A DNA stretch of 64,000 nt, from NCBI GenBank assembly GCA_043228905.1, contig JBHGNT010000008.1:7812001-7876000 (forward strand). Reading direction: 5' to 3'. Under the pieces are notes generated by a model. It made no database searches, was not told the origin of the DNA, and was given only the letters and a program-made list of their open reading frames with translations. This DNA is from Azolla caroliniana. Its lineage: Eukaryota; Plantae; Polypodiophyta. The translations under genes were made by a program, and so were the position numbers. Below, piece by piece: positions 40,401 to 54,186 of the stretch. Within the stretch, counting starts at the first letter, position 1. Every line of letters begins with the position of its first letter.

Positions 40401-42623
40401 CTCGGCCCTCTCTTGGAACTCTTTAAAGAAGGATAACACTTGATCCTTCATCTTCAGCACGGAAGCCCACAACTTCCGGCTATAGTCGTCTATAAAGGTC
40501 ACGAAGTATTGTGAACCACTATGCGACTTCATGTCCACGTAGCATACATCCGTATGCACGAGTTCCAACGGTATTTTCTTCCTCATTGGGGGCCTTGTTC
40601 CGAAGGATGTTCAATTTTGCTTACTGGCCAAGCAATCCGTGCATTTCTCAAGTTGCACGTTCTTCACCTCCGGAATGAGGTTATCCTTGGCAAGCTTCCG
40701 CATCCCCTTTAGGCTCATGTGGCACAACCTCCTGTGCCACAGTTCACCGACTGTTTCGGTTGCCACATTTCACTTCCCCATGGCATAATCAAGCATTCAT
40801 TGCGTACAGTGTATTGGTTTTCCGTGCTCAAGACACGATTAGGTTGCCCTTGCAGAACGTCATGACACTATTCCGGATACTACCCGTGTAGCCTTCATCA
40901 TCCAGCCGACTGACTAATATTAGGTTCAATCGAACCTCCGAAGTGTGTCAGACATCTCTAGCATGAGTCTGCAGCCAGTTGAGGTCACCAAACACACGTC
41001 TCCAATGACGAAGATTCGACATGCTTCTTCATTTCCCATCTTTACGGATCCGAGATCATCAGCCTTGTACGATGAGAAGCATTTCCGGTTAGGGGTTAGG
41101 TGAAATGACGCACCTGAATCGACCACCCATGTCGATTCATCGCGGGCAAGGTTCACTTTGTTCTGTCCGCTAATGAGTAGCAACTCCTCCTCACTTCGTT
41201 CTGCCGAGTGTTCCTGCTTTCCAAAATTTTTTCCCGGTTGTACACCATTAGCTCCCCTTTTTTCCTTTCGGAAATGTCAGCAATTCTTTTGAAGTGCCTC
41301 GGCTTCCCGCAATAGAAGCACGTGGGCCTTCCTCTCGACTTCGACCTCGTCCTCAATTTGTCCCGGTTTTGGGGACTTCGATACCGGCCTCTTCCCCGGT
41401 TGTGGTCATCTTCCATAACCAAGGCCTTCGAATCGGTCCCGGACTTCTGGTCCTTTAGGCGAGCTTCTTCATCTAGCAAGTTTGATTTGACTCTTCCTAG
41501 GGACAACTGTTTTCCTTCTGGCCCGGCGTTGCCCAATGTGACAAACAACTAGTGTCTCCCAAATATCCGGGATTGAACCGAGCAGGAGTAATGCGAGTAC
41601 CTCATCGACAAGAGGTACTTCCAACGAGTTTGCCTAGTTTATCAGTCCCTGGAAGGCATTCATGTGCTCCGCCATACTAGAGCCGTCTTGGTACCAGAGC
41701 CTCACTAGCTTCCGGAATACCGAAACCTGATTAACAACATTCTTGTTCTGGAACATGATGATGATCTTCTCCCAAAGTTCATGAGCCTTACTTTCTTCAT
41801 TGAAATTGTTGTATAGGCTCATGTCGATGAAGCACCGGATGTATGCTGTCGTCTTCATGTGCATCACCTCCCACATTGTGGCGTTGATCTTATTTGGTCT
41901 CTTGTCCCCGAATTGAACCAACAACCAAAGATCTTTAACCACCAACATATCCCTCATCTTCGACTTCCACACTGAGTAGTTGGTGCCGGTGATCTTGAAC
42001 ATGCCCTCAAACAATTATTCCATTTCCTATGTTGTTCGCTCTGATACCACTTTGTAGAGAATTGCGACCGGCCACAACCAACTTCTCGTTCGGATGTTTG
42101 GGTGTAGGGAACGTAAAATAGATTGCACTCAGACAGAGCACGAAAACATAAATAACACAAGAGATAGAAACACACGATTTTAATGTGGAAACCCGAAATG
42201 GGAAAAACCATGGGGGTTCACAAACTTCGAGAAACAGAATCACTATGCTAAAAGGAGGAGTACAACTAGAAGCTCCGAGGCAAAGACCTCGAGATTCTAC
42301 TTCGTCAATAGACGACTATAGAGTTACACACACTCTCACTCTCACTCACTTACCGTTACATAGTTACAGAGGCAACGACCTTCTAAGTAAACTCTTTAAC
42401 AACAACTCATCATCATCATCATCATCATTATGATTGCCCTACGTACTTATACTAGTACACCTTTTGGGTTATTTACAAGTGTAGCCCATAAGGGCGTATT
42501 TAGACTATTTACAAGTATAGTCTTCTGAGTTGGCTGTCTACACAATTTGGGTTTTGGCCTCGGCCGAGTTTCTCACCAACTCGGTCTCTTCTCTTCCCAT
42601 TCGGAGGGACCCGTTTTGTAACA
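37420..42623 (-). mobile_element. Full-length Ty1/copia family A element with TSD
   Basis: TSD GATGC (37415-37419 and 42624-42628); LTRs 37420-37995 and 42053-42623; PBS 42038-42049; PPT 37996-38010; gag-PR-INT-RT-RH order; ORF broken by stops and frameshifts. Confidence 0.95.
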
Positions 42624-43245
42624 GATGCAGCCTACTTGTCGGGCGAGTGTCGACAGTCGAAGACATGGAGAGTTGACTAGGGAAGTCAATAGTAGGTGAG
42701 TTCAAGTCGAAGGCATGACCAAATAGTCGGGCCGATCGGATGGTCAATGATAAGGCCGACTAGTTGGGCCGACTGGATAGTCGACACTGGAGTCGACTTG
42801 TTGAATCGACTAGACGATTAGTTAGCTGAATAACTATTACTGTTATAATAAGAATGATAGGATCAACGATTACATTTGTAAATAGCCCATACAGTTTATA
42901 AGTATAAATATACTTAGGGCAAACATGGAGGTGTGAGTGTAGAACAAAATAGTTGTGAGCCTCTATTGCTAAGAGCGTCAGAGAAGAGAGTGTGTGAGCG
43001 AGAGAGAGCAGCAACAAAGTTTAGCGAACTTGTTAAGAACCCTAAGCGGGTTATCCTCTGTGTGCATTAGAGAAGATTGTAACCGTTTTCTGTATTCTCA
43101 TGTATAATGGATCTCAGTTTCTTCCGTGGTTTTTTCTCTGTTTGAGGGTTTTCACATAAAACTATGTATTTGTTGTTTCTCTGTTTTTCCGTGATATTGT
43201 CTATTTTATAGTCGGTCTTTCTCACAAATAGAAGGGAGGGAAACC

Positions 43246-44160
43246 TATTGGGAAACAGGTCCCTCCGGATGGGAAGTGAGAAGAACCGTGTTGATGATGA
43301 ATACCCGGCAACGAAAGACCCGGCAAGGAAGATCCGGTGAGAACCGGATGACGAGTACCCGGCAACGGAAGACCCAGTGAGAACCGGATGACGAGTACCC
43401 GACAAGGAGACCCGATGAGAACCGGATGTCGAGTACCCGACAACGGAAGACCCGGTGAGAACTGGATGACGAGTACCCGGCAAGGAAGACCCGGTGAGAA
43501 CCGGATGACGAGTACCCGGCAACGGAAGACCCGGTGAGAACCAGATGACGAGTACCTGGCAAGGAAGACCCGGTGAAAACTGGATGACGAGTACCCGGCA
43601 AGGAAGACCCGATGAGAACCGGATGACGAGTACTCGGCAAGGAAGACCCGGTGAGAACCGGATGTTGCAAGCCCGGTGAGAACCTCTCATCGGATGGAAG
43701 GGACATATATGTAAATATGTTCCGGAGAGTCCACCGGGGCTATATTTGTAAATAGCCCGAAAGTTATATTAGTATAAATATGACCTAGGGCAAGCTTAAT
43801 ATAGATGTGTAGAATTGGTTGTGTTATTATCGTTGTGGCGATAATTAAGAGCGCAACTGCGTATAGAGAAGAGAGAGAGAGGAAGAGGTTGTTGCCTCTG
43901 TTGTAACCGCCTGGTGGCGAAGCGAGGGAGCAAGAGGTCGTTGCCTCTGTGTCCCATTGTTGTAATCTTGATATAGTGATATTTTGCAGTCTGAGGGCTG
44001 CCGTGGTTTTTTCCTGATTTGGGTTTTCCACGTTAACATCCAATGCACTCTCTTCTTTACTGTTTTGTGTGTAGATACATCTCACCACATCCCTGTTTTC
44101 TATGATTGATCCGACGTCTCGGTTGTGGCCGAGCATAGCTTAGGAAACTGTATTTCGTCA
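43246..44160 (+). mobile_element. Solo LTR of copia family A, with TSD AAACC
   Basis: AAACC at 43241-43245 and 44161-44165; homologous (in reverse) to the LTR at 3262-4073; includes the 39/40-bp array. Confidence 0.9.
43300..43665. repeat. 39/40-bp tandem array (~8 full units) in the solo LTR
   Basis: GAGAACCGGATGACGAGTACCCGGCAA(C)GGAAGACCCGGT starting at 43339, 43379, 43417, 43457, 43496, 43536, 43575, 43614. Confidence 0.95.
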
Positions 44161-45109
44161 AAACCCCCACAAACTGGTATTAGAGCAAGTCTGAAGATGG
44201 AAGGAGGTGTAAGCAGCTTCCTAGGTATGATAGTTCTAAACTCTTAGAACTATGCTGACCGAAAGATAAAGATGGAAGACCTTCTCATAGTCAAAGACCT
44301 GTACGAGCCAATCGACAGAGAAGAAATACCCACGGGGGTATTAGAGTCTGAATTGAAACTTCTTAACATAAATGCCGTGGCCACCATCAGACAGTGTGTC
44401 GATGTAAGTGTCCTTTAGCATGTGACGAATGACACAAATGCCTATAAGATGTGGTAGAAGCTATCAGGTGTATATGAGAGGAAAAACACCCAAAAAAAAA
44501 AAATTTGATGAGAAAGATTGTGAGCCTGAAAATACAGGGACGATGAAAACATAGTTGAGCATGTCAGCACATTCATGGGGTATGGGAATCAACTTGCCGC
44601 AACTAAGTTTCTCGTTGAAGATGCAATGCAAGACATCCTGCTAATGTGCACCCTGTCGGACAATTGGGAGAATCTAGTGGTGACTCTCAACACCTCGTGT
44701 CAGTAAGAGAACCTGTCTCTACAAGAGGGAAAGACAAGCATCTTGAACGAGGAGACTAGAGGGAAGGACAAGGGTGTCCTGGTCTAGTCGGAGTCAAACT
44801 TGACTCAACACACTAGCATAGGAAGGAACCAACAAAGGAGTCCACCAAGGAGAGAAAAGTCCCATGCCAGATCCAAGTTCAGAGGTAAGCTAACATGCTT
44901 CTATTCTGGAAAGCTTGGACACTTTTAGAAGGACCATTGACACCTCAAGAAGGACAAGAGTGTCAAAAATAATGTCGAACCTAGGAAGATTCCTAATGAA
45001 AAGGGCACATCGGCCATAGTTACGAGTGTAGAGGAGACTTTGTTCATTTGTGAGCAGGCAAGCACAAATCTTGCAAGCGAAGAGTGCACCTCCTAGCTAC
45101 CTAGGCAAT

Positions 45110-45400
45110 AGGTTGGAAGGAGGCCGACACTTCACAAAAGGCGAAGGAGCAGCCTAATCGGAAGTGGTTGGCAGAGAAGGAGGCACGCTGGTACTGTGGC
45201 AAGAAAGGCCACCGGGAAAGCGAGTGCTAGAAGAAGCGCACCAATTCCGATAAATCCGGATCCGGCAAGATCAGACAAGGGAATCGACAAAGCTTGCACT
45301 ATGCAGAAGGATCGGAAGGATCCAGAACCGGTAAGACCAGAAAAGGACCAGCCTTTGTGATGAAGCACAAGGTGAACTTGATGAAGAAGACCACTTCTGG
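45110..45400 (+). mobile_element. Copia family B gag (zinc-knuckle) fragment
   Basis: Translates to WYCGKKGHRESEC, followed by ...FVMKHK..., as in the family B copy at ~20450-20630. Confidence 0.6.
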
Positions 45401-45606
45401 TGTTGTGAAGATTTTCAACAACGGTGAGAAAATCACGTAAAAAGGAGGAAACTGAAAAGGGTTCACTTTTGCGCTTCTCTCACTGTTTTCTTCTTAGTGA
45501 TTTATCCCACATATATATGTAGCTAACATGACTCTCTTTCTATAAAGACTCACTTATCTCACATAGATATAAGACTATGTATATACATATATGTGTGTGT
45601 GTATGT

Positions 45607-47550
45607 TGACGGGAACTGCATGCTCCCTATACGCAACGCTCGGCCACAAACCGAGCTTAGAATCATACACAGAAAACGGGAAATAAATGCACGACACAAA
45701 GAAGAGAAAAGTACACAGGATGTTTACGTGGAAAACCCCAAACTAGGGAAAAAACCACGGCAGCCCACAGGCTGCAAACTATCACTATGTTAGAATGTAC
45801 AACAGTGAGTTCACGGAGGCAACGACCTCGTGCTCACGATCTTCGCCACAGGCGGCGGTTTCAACAGAGGCAATGACCTCGTTCTCTCTCTCTCTCTCTC
45901 TTCTTGCACCAACAAGAATAACAACAACCTCAAAAGTTTGCCCTAAGTCATATTTAAACTAATATGACTTTTCGGCTATTTACAAATATAGCCATGATGG
46001 ACTCTCAGAAACATATTTACGAATATGTCTCTTCATCCGGTGAGCACTCCTCACTGGGTCTGCACCATCCGGCTCTCCGTAGCCGGGTACTCCTCATCCG
46101 GTTCCGGCCGAGGCCGATATAAGCACTGTTCTTCTCCCTTCCCATCTGGAGGGACCTGTCTCCCAACAAACTCCCCCTTCACTCCGGCATGGGGTGTCTT
46201 ACTAGTCCGATCCTCTTCCGGCATGCATCTAGCTTGTCGGGTATCAACACTTTGGTCAGCATATCTGACCCGTTCTCGGCCGTGTGGATCTTCATCAGTG
46301 CGAACTCCTGGTCATCTACTCTTTCCCGGATCCAGTGATATCTTCGCTGGATATGCTTCGTCCGGGAATGGTAGGTCGCATTCTTAGCAAGATGGATGGC
46401 ACTTTGACTGTCGCAATAGAGTCGGTATTCATCTTGCTGGATACCGAGCTCTCCGATGAAGTCCTTCATCCATAATATTTCCTTGCCGGCTTCCACAGCC
46501 GCCATGTACTCCGCCTCCGTGGTTGACAATGCAACCGTCTTATGCAGCCTCGACTGCCACGAAACAACTCCCCCTACATATGTCATTACGTACCCGGATG
46601 TAGACCGGCTGGTATCCACATTAGCAGACATGTCCGAATCGGTGAAACCGTCAAGTTGAGGTTTTCCGGAGCCGAACCGGAGACACATATTTGAAGTGCC
46701 CTTCAAATACTGGAGTATCCATTTGACCGCATTCCAGTGCTCCTTGCCGGGATTGCTCATGAACCGGCTCACCATTCCAACTGCATATCCTATATCTGGT
46801 CGGGTACACACCATTGCGTACATTAAGCTCCTGACGGCAGAGGCATATGGAATCTTCATCATATCCGCCTTCTCTGCTTTCGTCTTCGGGCTTTGCTTAC
46901 CGAATAACCTGCAGTTTGCCGGAAGTGTCGATCTGACCGGTTTCGCATCTGACATGTTGAACCGGTGAAGCACCTTTGTCACGTACTTCTCCTGTGACAG
47001 CCATAATTGCTTCATTGACCGGTTCCGAATAATATGCATCCCCAACATCTGTCTTGCCGGACCCAAGTCTTTCATTGAGAAGGTCTGGTTGAGGGCCTCC
47101 TTCAGCATCCGTATTTTGACTTGGTCCCGTCCGACGATCAACATGTCGTCCACGTACAGAAGGAGTATCAGGAAGTCGCCTCCTTCGAACTTCTTCACAA
47201 ACACGCAGTGATCGGCCTGCGTCTTGTGGTACCCTTGATCGGTCATGAAGGAATCGAACATCCGGTACCATTGTCGGGGAGCCTGCTTTAGTCCGTACAG
47301 GCTCTTCTTCAGCCGGCATACCAGGTGCTCCTTCCCTTTCTCCACAAATCCCTCCGGTTGCTGCATGTAGATCTCCTCTTCGAGGTCCATGCTTGCCGCC
47401 ATACTCAGCACCGTCCGGATGGAGGGCATCTTTAGTACCGGGGCAAATATCTCGTCAAAGTCCACGCCCTTTTTCTGCTGGAACCCTTTCACCACGATCC
47501 TGGCTTTGTATCTCGGAGGGTTGTCGGCATCTCCCGGTTTCAACTTGTAC
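45607..47550 (-). mobile_element. Ty1/copia family A, 3' part (3' LTR 45607-46168, PPT, RT-RNaseH)
   Basis: LTR TGACGGG...CCCAACA; PPT 46169-46183; cut at 47550 by the chromovirus insertion. Confidence 0.92.
46179..47550 (-). CDS. Copia reverse transcriptase-RNase H (uninterrupted fragment, ~454 aa)
   Basis: YKARIVVKGFQQ, LYGLKQAPRQW, LLYVDDML, STTEAEY, YCDSQSAI, TKHIQRRYH; short in-frame deletion (DLE|EEIYM). Confidence 0.9.
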
Positions 47551-48266
47551 TGTTATGTACACATAACGTTGGTGAGGGTAGGTCACTAATATTTACATTA
47601 GTGAAGGGTATGTTCACTATTATTAAAAAGGGGACTAATGATTGGATAGAATGAATGATATGTGCATGCACTATCATGATTTAGACAACCAATGAATAGA
47701 GAGCCTTTTAGAAAGGCACATCTATTCAAGGGGCCTAGGAAAAGGTATAAATATGAGGCTTAGCTACCCTCATAGAAAATCACGTCGGAAGGCTGCTGTT
47801 GTAGACACCGGTGGTGCGGGCTAGGCTTTCGTCTCGACGATCGTGTTTATCTCTTCCAAGGTATTAGTCATCCTAATATCCGGCGGTATGGGACGTCGGT
47901 GGTAGGTTGGCTATGTCTAGATCATAGCTCGGGGGTGGTCGGGTGGAACGGGTTCTTCTATCCAATCTATTTTCTTCCTTTTTACTTGATTTGGTCTATT
48001 GATTAGTAATAGACTCTTAACAGTGGTATCAGAGCTTTTACTAACAAATTTTTGTTGTTTTGATGTTTTTTGCGTGTGTGCGAGGGGGATCTAACAAGGC
48101 TCGTCATGCTCTTCTCAGGATCAAAACAACACTCTAAACCCGGTATTCTTCTTTTTTGATCTCTTCTCTTTTTCTATTATGCGTTCTTTATGGTCGAATC
48201 AAATTGGTATTACGTTTTATTCTCTTTCTTTCTACCTCCTACTACGCTACGATTTTACTTATTATT

Positions 48267-48791
48267 ATGCATCGGGCCGAGCGTGTTTGCACTAATCGCA
48301 CACGCTCAACTCATGGCCTTTTGCATATTGCGATATATATCCCACTCTCTCCTCTCTTGAACTCTTACGATAATAATTATTCTTGTGCATTGGGTCGAGC
48401 GTGTTTGCTCTAATCGCACACGCTTATCTCATGGCCGTTTTGCATATGATGTTGAGTATACCACTCTTCCCCTCTATTGAGCCATCACTTGGCCGATTCT
48501 AAGGGATGATGTGGCCTTGACGAGGTGTATGTTGCCTACCTATGCCACTCTACTCTCTATTAAGACATCAATTGGCCGATTCTATGGGATGTTGTGGCCT
48601 TGACAAGGTATATGTAGCTTACATATGCCACTTTCCTTTTTAATTAGCCATCAATTGGCCGATTCTAAGGGATGATGTGGCCTTGACGAGGTATATGTCA
48701 CTTACCTATGCCACTTTCCTCTTTAATTAGCCATTACTTGGCCGATTCTAGGGATATGTGGTGGTCTTGAGGAGGTGCATGTCAACTACCC
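48267..48791. repeat. Tandem repeats in the chromovirus 5' UTR (2 x ~119 bp, then ~3.7 x 83 bp)
   Basis: GAGCGTGTTTGC.CTAATCGCACACGCT block at ~48279 and ~48397; GCCATCAATTGGCCGATTCTAAGGGATG... unit at 48481, 48564, 48647, 48730. Confidence 0.9.
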
Positions 48792-49794
48792 TAGGGTTTC
48801 GTATCTTAGGGCATGTTTGATTCCATACACCTAATTGTTGATTATTCTAAGTAAATTTTAAATTTCATAAGTATTGTTTCACTTATATGATTTTCTAGTA
48901 ATTATTATTTACCCGCCCACAATTAACTCTCCTTTTTCCACTTCCTTTTCATGTATAAAGTATTTACATCGTTTATTTTTAATGTAACCTTTACGTGTAG
49001 ACTATTTTTTTCGTATGGAGTGGCTTGTTGAACGATTTTTTTTTCAACGGGTCATCTAGGTTTAACTCTTATCATCAAGCCTTAGAAAACGAGTAAAACC
49101 ATATGAGTTCCCTTATTGATGTTTTACTCATGGATTTGAGTATTACATCTTTGCGCACAACACCGTCATCACTTGTATCAATTTGTGGCTTATGTCACAA
49201 TTGTGCAAGTTATAACAATCATATTGGGATGTATATGTGCATACCTTGCACTTCCCATTTATTTGTGACATTGTTTTTTTCGTAGGTAACACATGGGTTC
49301 TTTTTTTTTTTTTTACCCTTGTTTTCGTCACTACTTAACTCTTATGAGTAGTGCCTTATTTTATCATTTTATCATCACGTTTGCTTATTGCTCGCAAGAC
49401 TAGAATATTACTTGTGAGTGCACTTGTTTTTTCACGTAATACACTTTCTCGACCATATAATACATGATGGGTTGGCATTAATATAAGGCTATCTAGGAAA
49501 TTTCATTGATGTAAGAACCATGGTTGAGCCTCGGGGAGCCGCCATGATTACTCAAGATAGAGATCCGAGAAATACATCTTAGCTATGTTTTCCCCCATGG
49601 TTTTTAAAACACCATAGTGTTACCATAGTTATCGGATCTCGAATCACATCTCATATGTCTAGAGGGGTAAAGACATGAGATACTTTCTTGGATAAAGTTC
49701 TTTCAATCAAAATTTCAAGCATTCATTTTGCTTGTGTATTTTCTGAACCTCCTTATTTTATTGCATACCCACAACGTGCATCACGGAACAAGTT

Positions 49795-52700
49795 TTGAAC
49801 GCAGTTGGAACGATCTCTCCAAATGAGACCTCGCAACCCCAATCCGCATCTCGCACACAAGCTGAGATCACTATTGAGCAATTGCTCACTACTACCTTGA
49901 ATCAAGTGGCCGAAATGAGACAGGCCAATATGGCATTGGAAAAGAAATTCCAAGAATTAACTATTGAGTCCAAGAAAGAAGGTGAACCTTCCTTCGTAGT
50001 CACGCCTTTCAAGGGAGATAAGAAAGAAAGAACCGAGGAGGCCATTAGCACTTGGCTTGGTCGTTGGGAGTCTCACTTTGAGCTTCATCCCAAGCCCGAT
50101 GCAGTAAAAATTGGTTATGTCGGTCGTGAGTTAGGTGGCCGAGCTGCTGCTTGGTGGCGTGGCCTAAGGACCGCAAAAAACTTACCCACAACTTGGGAAG
50201 GTTTCGTTGATGTTTTTAAGAAACAATTCTTGCAGCCACCTTCTCAAACCGAACAAGCGCAACACTTGCTCACATTGTCTAGTAAGCCATTTACCTCTCT
50301 CGAGGATTATGTGCATCACGCTCGGACCCAGATCCAAAAATCGGGACTTACGGGTGAGAAATGGTTTGTCGCTTGTTTTTTGAATGGTATTCCCAATGGG
50401 GATTATCATTGGATTGTCCATGACAAGGACCCCACAACTTTCGAGGAAGCCGTCAACATTGTGCTGCGATACCATAGGACTTCCAAGAAAGACCACAATA
50501 AACCTGAGTTCGCCAAAACTCCGAATGTCAAGTTCATTGGGAAACGTAAGCAATCCAGTGACACTCTTGACCGCGACTCAAAGAAACCGAACCTCTTCTG
50601 TGCATATTGCAAGAAGCGGGGCCACACAAAGGATACCTGTCGTCATCTTGAGAGGAAGTCAATGAACACCCCTCCTCAAGACAAATCTACGAGTCACACA
50701 GGTGAGTCTTTTGATATTGTTGAAGTTCATACCAATCACTTAAGTTTATGTGAATGCACTTTTCCTTCACATTTACTTGGACCTAATGATTTACTCCGAG
50801 CAGTCGGATATATCAATGGAACACAAGCACATTTCTTGTTTGATTCCGGTAGTTCTCACAATTTTCTTAATGATCACTTTGTGCAGCAAATGGAGCTCCA
50901 CATAAACGCAAGTGATCATATCTATCAAGTTCACATGGCAAATGGAAACGTTCAATACATTAGTGGCATTGTTTGTCAACTGCCAATTCAAATAGATACT
51001 TATTTGGAGAAGCTTGACTTTCATGTTATGAAATTACAATCCGCAGATGTCATTTTAGGATATCCTTGGTTTTTTAATAAAAACCCTTCTTTGTCCATTG
51101 ATTGGGTTAATCACTCAATCACATTTGAACTTAATAATTGTAAACATTTTATTCAATGTTCCAAACTTCCTTCTCATTCACTTGTGTCTTCTAAATCTTT
51201 AAGTGAGTATTCTAGTTCATTAATTTATTCGTGTGTAATTGATCCTGCGGTTCAATTTTATTATTTTAATATTGACGCCACACAATTACCACATTTTGAG
51301 CAACGATTACTCGACTCTATTTTAGAGGATTTTCAAGATGTGTTTCCTACTGAATTACCGCTTACTTTACCACCTAAACGTAATGTGGACCATCAAATTG
51401 AACTCATCCCTGGGGCTGCTCCTGTGAGCATTCCACCTTACCGACTTAGTCGATTAGAAGAGGATGAGATCGCTAAACAACTTAAGGAATACTTGAGTAT
51501 GGGCCACATTAGGTATAGTAAATCACCTTGGGGTGCGCCAGTTCTATTAGTCAAGAAGAAGGAAGGTTCGTGGCGAATGTGTATCAATTATCGCCGTTTG
51601 AATAAAATGACAATTAAGAATGCATATCCATTACCTCGTGCCGATGATTTGATTGATCGTTTGCACGGGGCTCGATATTTTACGAAAATTGACTTACGAA
51701 CTGGTTATCATCAGATTCGCATCGCCGAGGATGATATTCCTAAAACCGCTTTTCGTACGCGCTATGGCCATTATGAGTTTTTAGTCATGCCATTTGGGTT
51801 GACTAATGCTCCAGCCACATTCCAACAAGCGATGAATGATGTTTTCCGAGATCAACTCGGTGATTTTGTTGTCGTCTTCTTGGATGATATTTTGATATAT
51901 AGCCGTACCTTGCAAGATCATGTTCAACATGTTCGATTTGTTTTGCGAAAGTTGCGTGACAACTCTTTCTATGCAAAACATTCAAAATGTGACTTCTTCC
52001 AAAAATCTATTATGTACCTAGGTCATTTAATTACAGAAAATGGCGTTGAAATTGAACCTTCTCGTATTGAAAAGGTTAAACTTTGGCCCATTCCTCGTAA
52101 TATTCGTGAACTTAGATCATTCTTAGGGTTTGTTGGATTTTTACGAAAATCAATTCGTAACTATTCCAAATTGACTACGCCATTAACTGACCTTTTAAAA
52201 GGTCATCCACGTAAGTCTGTCAAACAAATTTCATGGAATGAACAACTTGACAAATCATTTGAGACACTCAAGGAGCATGTGTGTCAGGCTCCCACTCTTC
52301 TATTACCAGACCCTTCTAAGCCTTTCTCAATTGAAACCGATGCTAGTGATTATGCTATTGGTGCCGTTCTTTATCAAGGTGGTCACCCTATTGCTTTTGA
52401 AAGTAAGAAGCTTGATGCTGCTCAATCTCGGTATTCGGTTCAAGAGAAAGAGTTGTTTGCGGTGATACACGCACTTAAAACATGGAGGCACTATCTCTAT
52501 GGAAATAAATTTGTGGTTACAACAGACCATCAATCATTAAAGTATTTTTGTGACCAGCCCGATCTTGTTGGTCGTAAAGGCCGTTGGGCTGACCTTATGC
52601 AAGATTTTGATTTTTCCATACGATATCGCAAGGGTTCTATGAACACCGTTGCTGATGCTCTTAGTCGCATTAAAGAAGTTAACATGCTTAGCTTCACGGA

Positions 52701-54186
52701 AATAAAATCTGATCTTTTAGATCACCTTCGAGGGAAATACCTTGATGACAGTTATTTCTCAAAATACTGGACGAAAGCCGAATCTGGTTTAGATGCCGAT
52801 ACTAGCACCCTACCCTCGAAGGCGACCTTTCACATTACAAACGGTTTGCTCTACCGTAGTGGAAAGGTCTGTGTTCCAGATTTACCAAATGTTAAACAGA
52901 AAATTTTTCATGAATGTCATGATGCACCATCTGCTGGTCATCCTGGAATACAACGCACACTCGTTCTCATCTCGTGTACTTTTTTCTGGCCTAAGATGCG
53001 CTCTGACGTGCATAAATACGTAACTCAATGCTTACAATGTCAGATTAATAAGTCGGAACGACTTAAAGCTGCTGGTCTTTTACATCCCTTAGATATTCCC
53101 AACAATAAATGGGAAAGTATCTCGATGGATTTTATTGTTAGTTTACCTCGTACACAGAGGGGTCATGATGCCATATGGGTTGTCGTTGACAGGCTAACAA
53201 AATTAGCTAGATTTATTCCTACAAAAACCACAGTAACCGCTCAACAGTTGGCTTATCAATTTGTTGATGAGTTATTTCGTTTTTATGGATTACCGATGGA
53301 TATTGTTAGTGATCGAGATTCCAAGTTTACTAGTGACTTTTGGACTCAGGTCTTTAAGAAACTAGAAACTACGTTGAGCATGAGTTCCGCAGATCATCCT
53401 CAGTCTGATGGACAAACTGAACGAGTTAATCAAATTATTGAGGACATGCTTCGAGCTTATGTAGCAAAAACCCCTTCTAAGTGGGAGCAATACCTTCCTA
53501 TCTTAGAATTTGCCTATAATAGCTCTAAACATACATCCACTGGATATAGTCCTTTTATGTTGATGTATGGTTTTCAGCCACGTGCCCCAGTTGATGTCAC
53601 GATTCATCGTGATACATTAGACAGTACACGCAATTTTTTGCAAGACATGAACCAAATGTTGCATATTGCCAAAGAAAATGTCAAGACAGCTCAAGATCGT
53701 GCTCGATTTTATGCTGATCAGGATAGACGTCCTCGTGCATTTACTATTGGTCAAAAAGTTTTTTTGCGTGTCCCGACTGATTCTACGTCATTATCTACGG
53801 GCAAGTGCGCTAAGTTAGCCCCACGATATTGTGGCCCATTTGAAATCCTTAAGCGAGTTGGGTCATCTGCTTATCACCTTGCCTTACCTCGTAACGTTGG
53901 TATTCATCCTGTTTTTCACGTCAGTCGTCTAAAACCATTTTTAGGCTCTGGTGATAACACCATCACAATCCAAGATCTTGTAACATTAGAGGATTTTTCT
54001 TACAAACCTCATGTTCCTGAACGAATTCTTGATTCTCGTACAAAACGTTTACGTTCTAAAGAGATTCGGCTATTCAAGATCAAATGGATGGATAAACCTA
54101 TTGATGATGCCACATGGGAACGCGAGCATTCGCTTAAGGCACAATTTCCTCACTTTATATTGCAAGAGTGCAATCTTTTGAAGTAG
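49795..54186 (+). CDS. Gag-Pol polyprotein (gag, CCHC, protease, RT, RNase H, integrase, chromodomain), intact single ORF
   Basis: [67 protein letters not shown]-terminal PERILDSR...IKW...ATWE. Start codon uncertain. Confidence 0.95.
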   Translation: MNAVGTISPNETSQPQSASRTQAEITIEQLLTTTLNQVAEMRQANMALEKKFQELTIESKKEGEPSFVVTPFKGDKKERTEEAISTWLGRWESHFELHPKPDAVKIGYVGRELGGRAAAWWRGLRTAKNLPTTWEGFVDVFKKQFLQPPSQTEQAQHLLTLSSKPFTSLEDYVHHARTQIQKSGLTGEKWFVACFLNGIPNGDYHWIVHDKDPTTFEEAVNIVLRYHRTSKKDHNKPEFAKTPNVKFIGKRKQSSDTLDRDSKKPNLFCAYCKKRGHTKDTCRHLERKSMNTPPQDKSTSHTGESFDIVEVHTNHLSLCECTFPSHLLGPNDLLRAVGYINGTQAHFLFDSGSSHNFLNDHFVQQMELHINASDHIYQVHMANGNVQYISGIVCQLPIQIDTYLEKLDFHVMKLQSADVILGYPWFFNKNPSLSIDWVNHSITFELNNCKHFIQCSKLPSHSLVSSKSLSEYSSSLIYSCVIDPAVQFYYFNIDATQLPHFEQRLLDSILEDFQDVFPTELPLTLPPKRNVDHQIELIPGAAPVSIPPYRLSRLEEDEIAKQLKEYLSMGHIRYSKSPWGAPVLLVKKKEGSWRMCINYRRLNKMTIKNAYPLPRADDLIDRLHGARYFTKIDLRTGYHQIRIAEDDIPKTAFRTRYGHYEFLVMPFGLTNAPATFQQAMNDVFRDQLGDFVVVFLDDILIYSRTLQDHVQHVRFVLRKLRDNSFYAKHSKCDFFQKSIMYLGHLITENGVEIEPSRIEKVKLWPIPRNIRELRSFLGFVGFLRKSIRNYSKLTTPLTDLLKGHPRKSVKQISWNEQLDKSFETLKEHVCQAPTLLLPDPSKPFSIETDASDYAIGAVLYQGGHPIAFESKKLDAAQSRYSVQEKELFAVIHALKTWRHYLYGNKFVVTTDHQSLKYFCDQPDLVGRKGRWADLMQDFDFSIRYRKGSMNTVADALSRIKEVNMLSFTEIKSDLLDHLRGKYLDDSYFSKYWTKAESGLDADTSTLPSKATFHITNGLLYRSGKVCVPDLPNVKQKIFHECHDAPSAGHPGIQRTLVLISCTFFWPKMRSDVHKYVTQCLQCQINKSERLKAAGLLHPLDIPNNKWESISMDFIVSLPRTQRGHDAIWVVVDRLTKLARFIPTKTTVTAQQLAYQFVDELFRFYGLPMDIVSDRDSKFTSDFWTQVFKKLETTLSMSSADHPQSDGQTERVNQIIEDMLRAYVAKTPSKWEQYLPILEFAYNSSKHTSTGYSPFMLMYGFQPRAPVDVTIHRDTLDSTRNFLQDMNQMLHIAKENVKTAQDRARFYADQDRRPRAFTIGQKVFLRVPTDSTSLSTGKCAKLAPRYCGPFEILKRVGSSAYHLALPRNVGIHPVFHVSRLKPFLGSGDNTITIQDLVTLEDFSYKPHVPERILDSRTKRLRSKEIRLFKIKWMDKPIDDATWEREHSLKAQFPHFILQECNLLK

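Larger units (their letters stand above)
37391..45090 (+). mobile_element. Ty1/copia (family D) 5' LTR, PBS and gag; host to two later insertions
   Basis: LTR starts TATTAGGAATATGTCCCTCC (37391), resumes after the GATGC TSD at 42629 and after the AAACC TSD at 44166, and ends CACA at 44171. PBS TGGTATTAGAGC 44175-44186; degenerate gag from 44198 (KMEDLLIVKDLYEPI, zinc-knuckle remnant). Confidence 0.8.

Noticed and set aside
45401-45606. Possible additional LTR starting TGTTGTGAAG
   Set aside because: LTR-like start and composition, but no partner LTR, PBS or PPT in the window.
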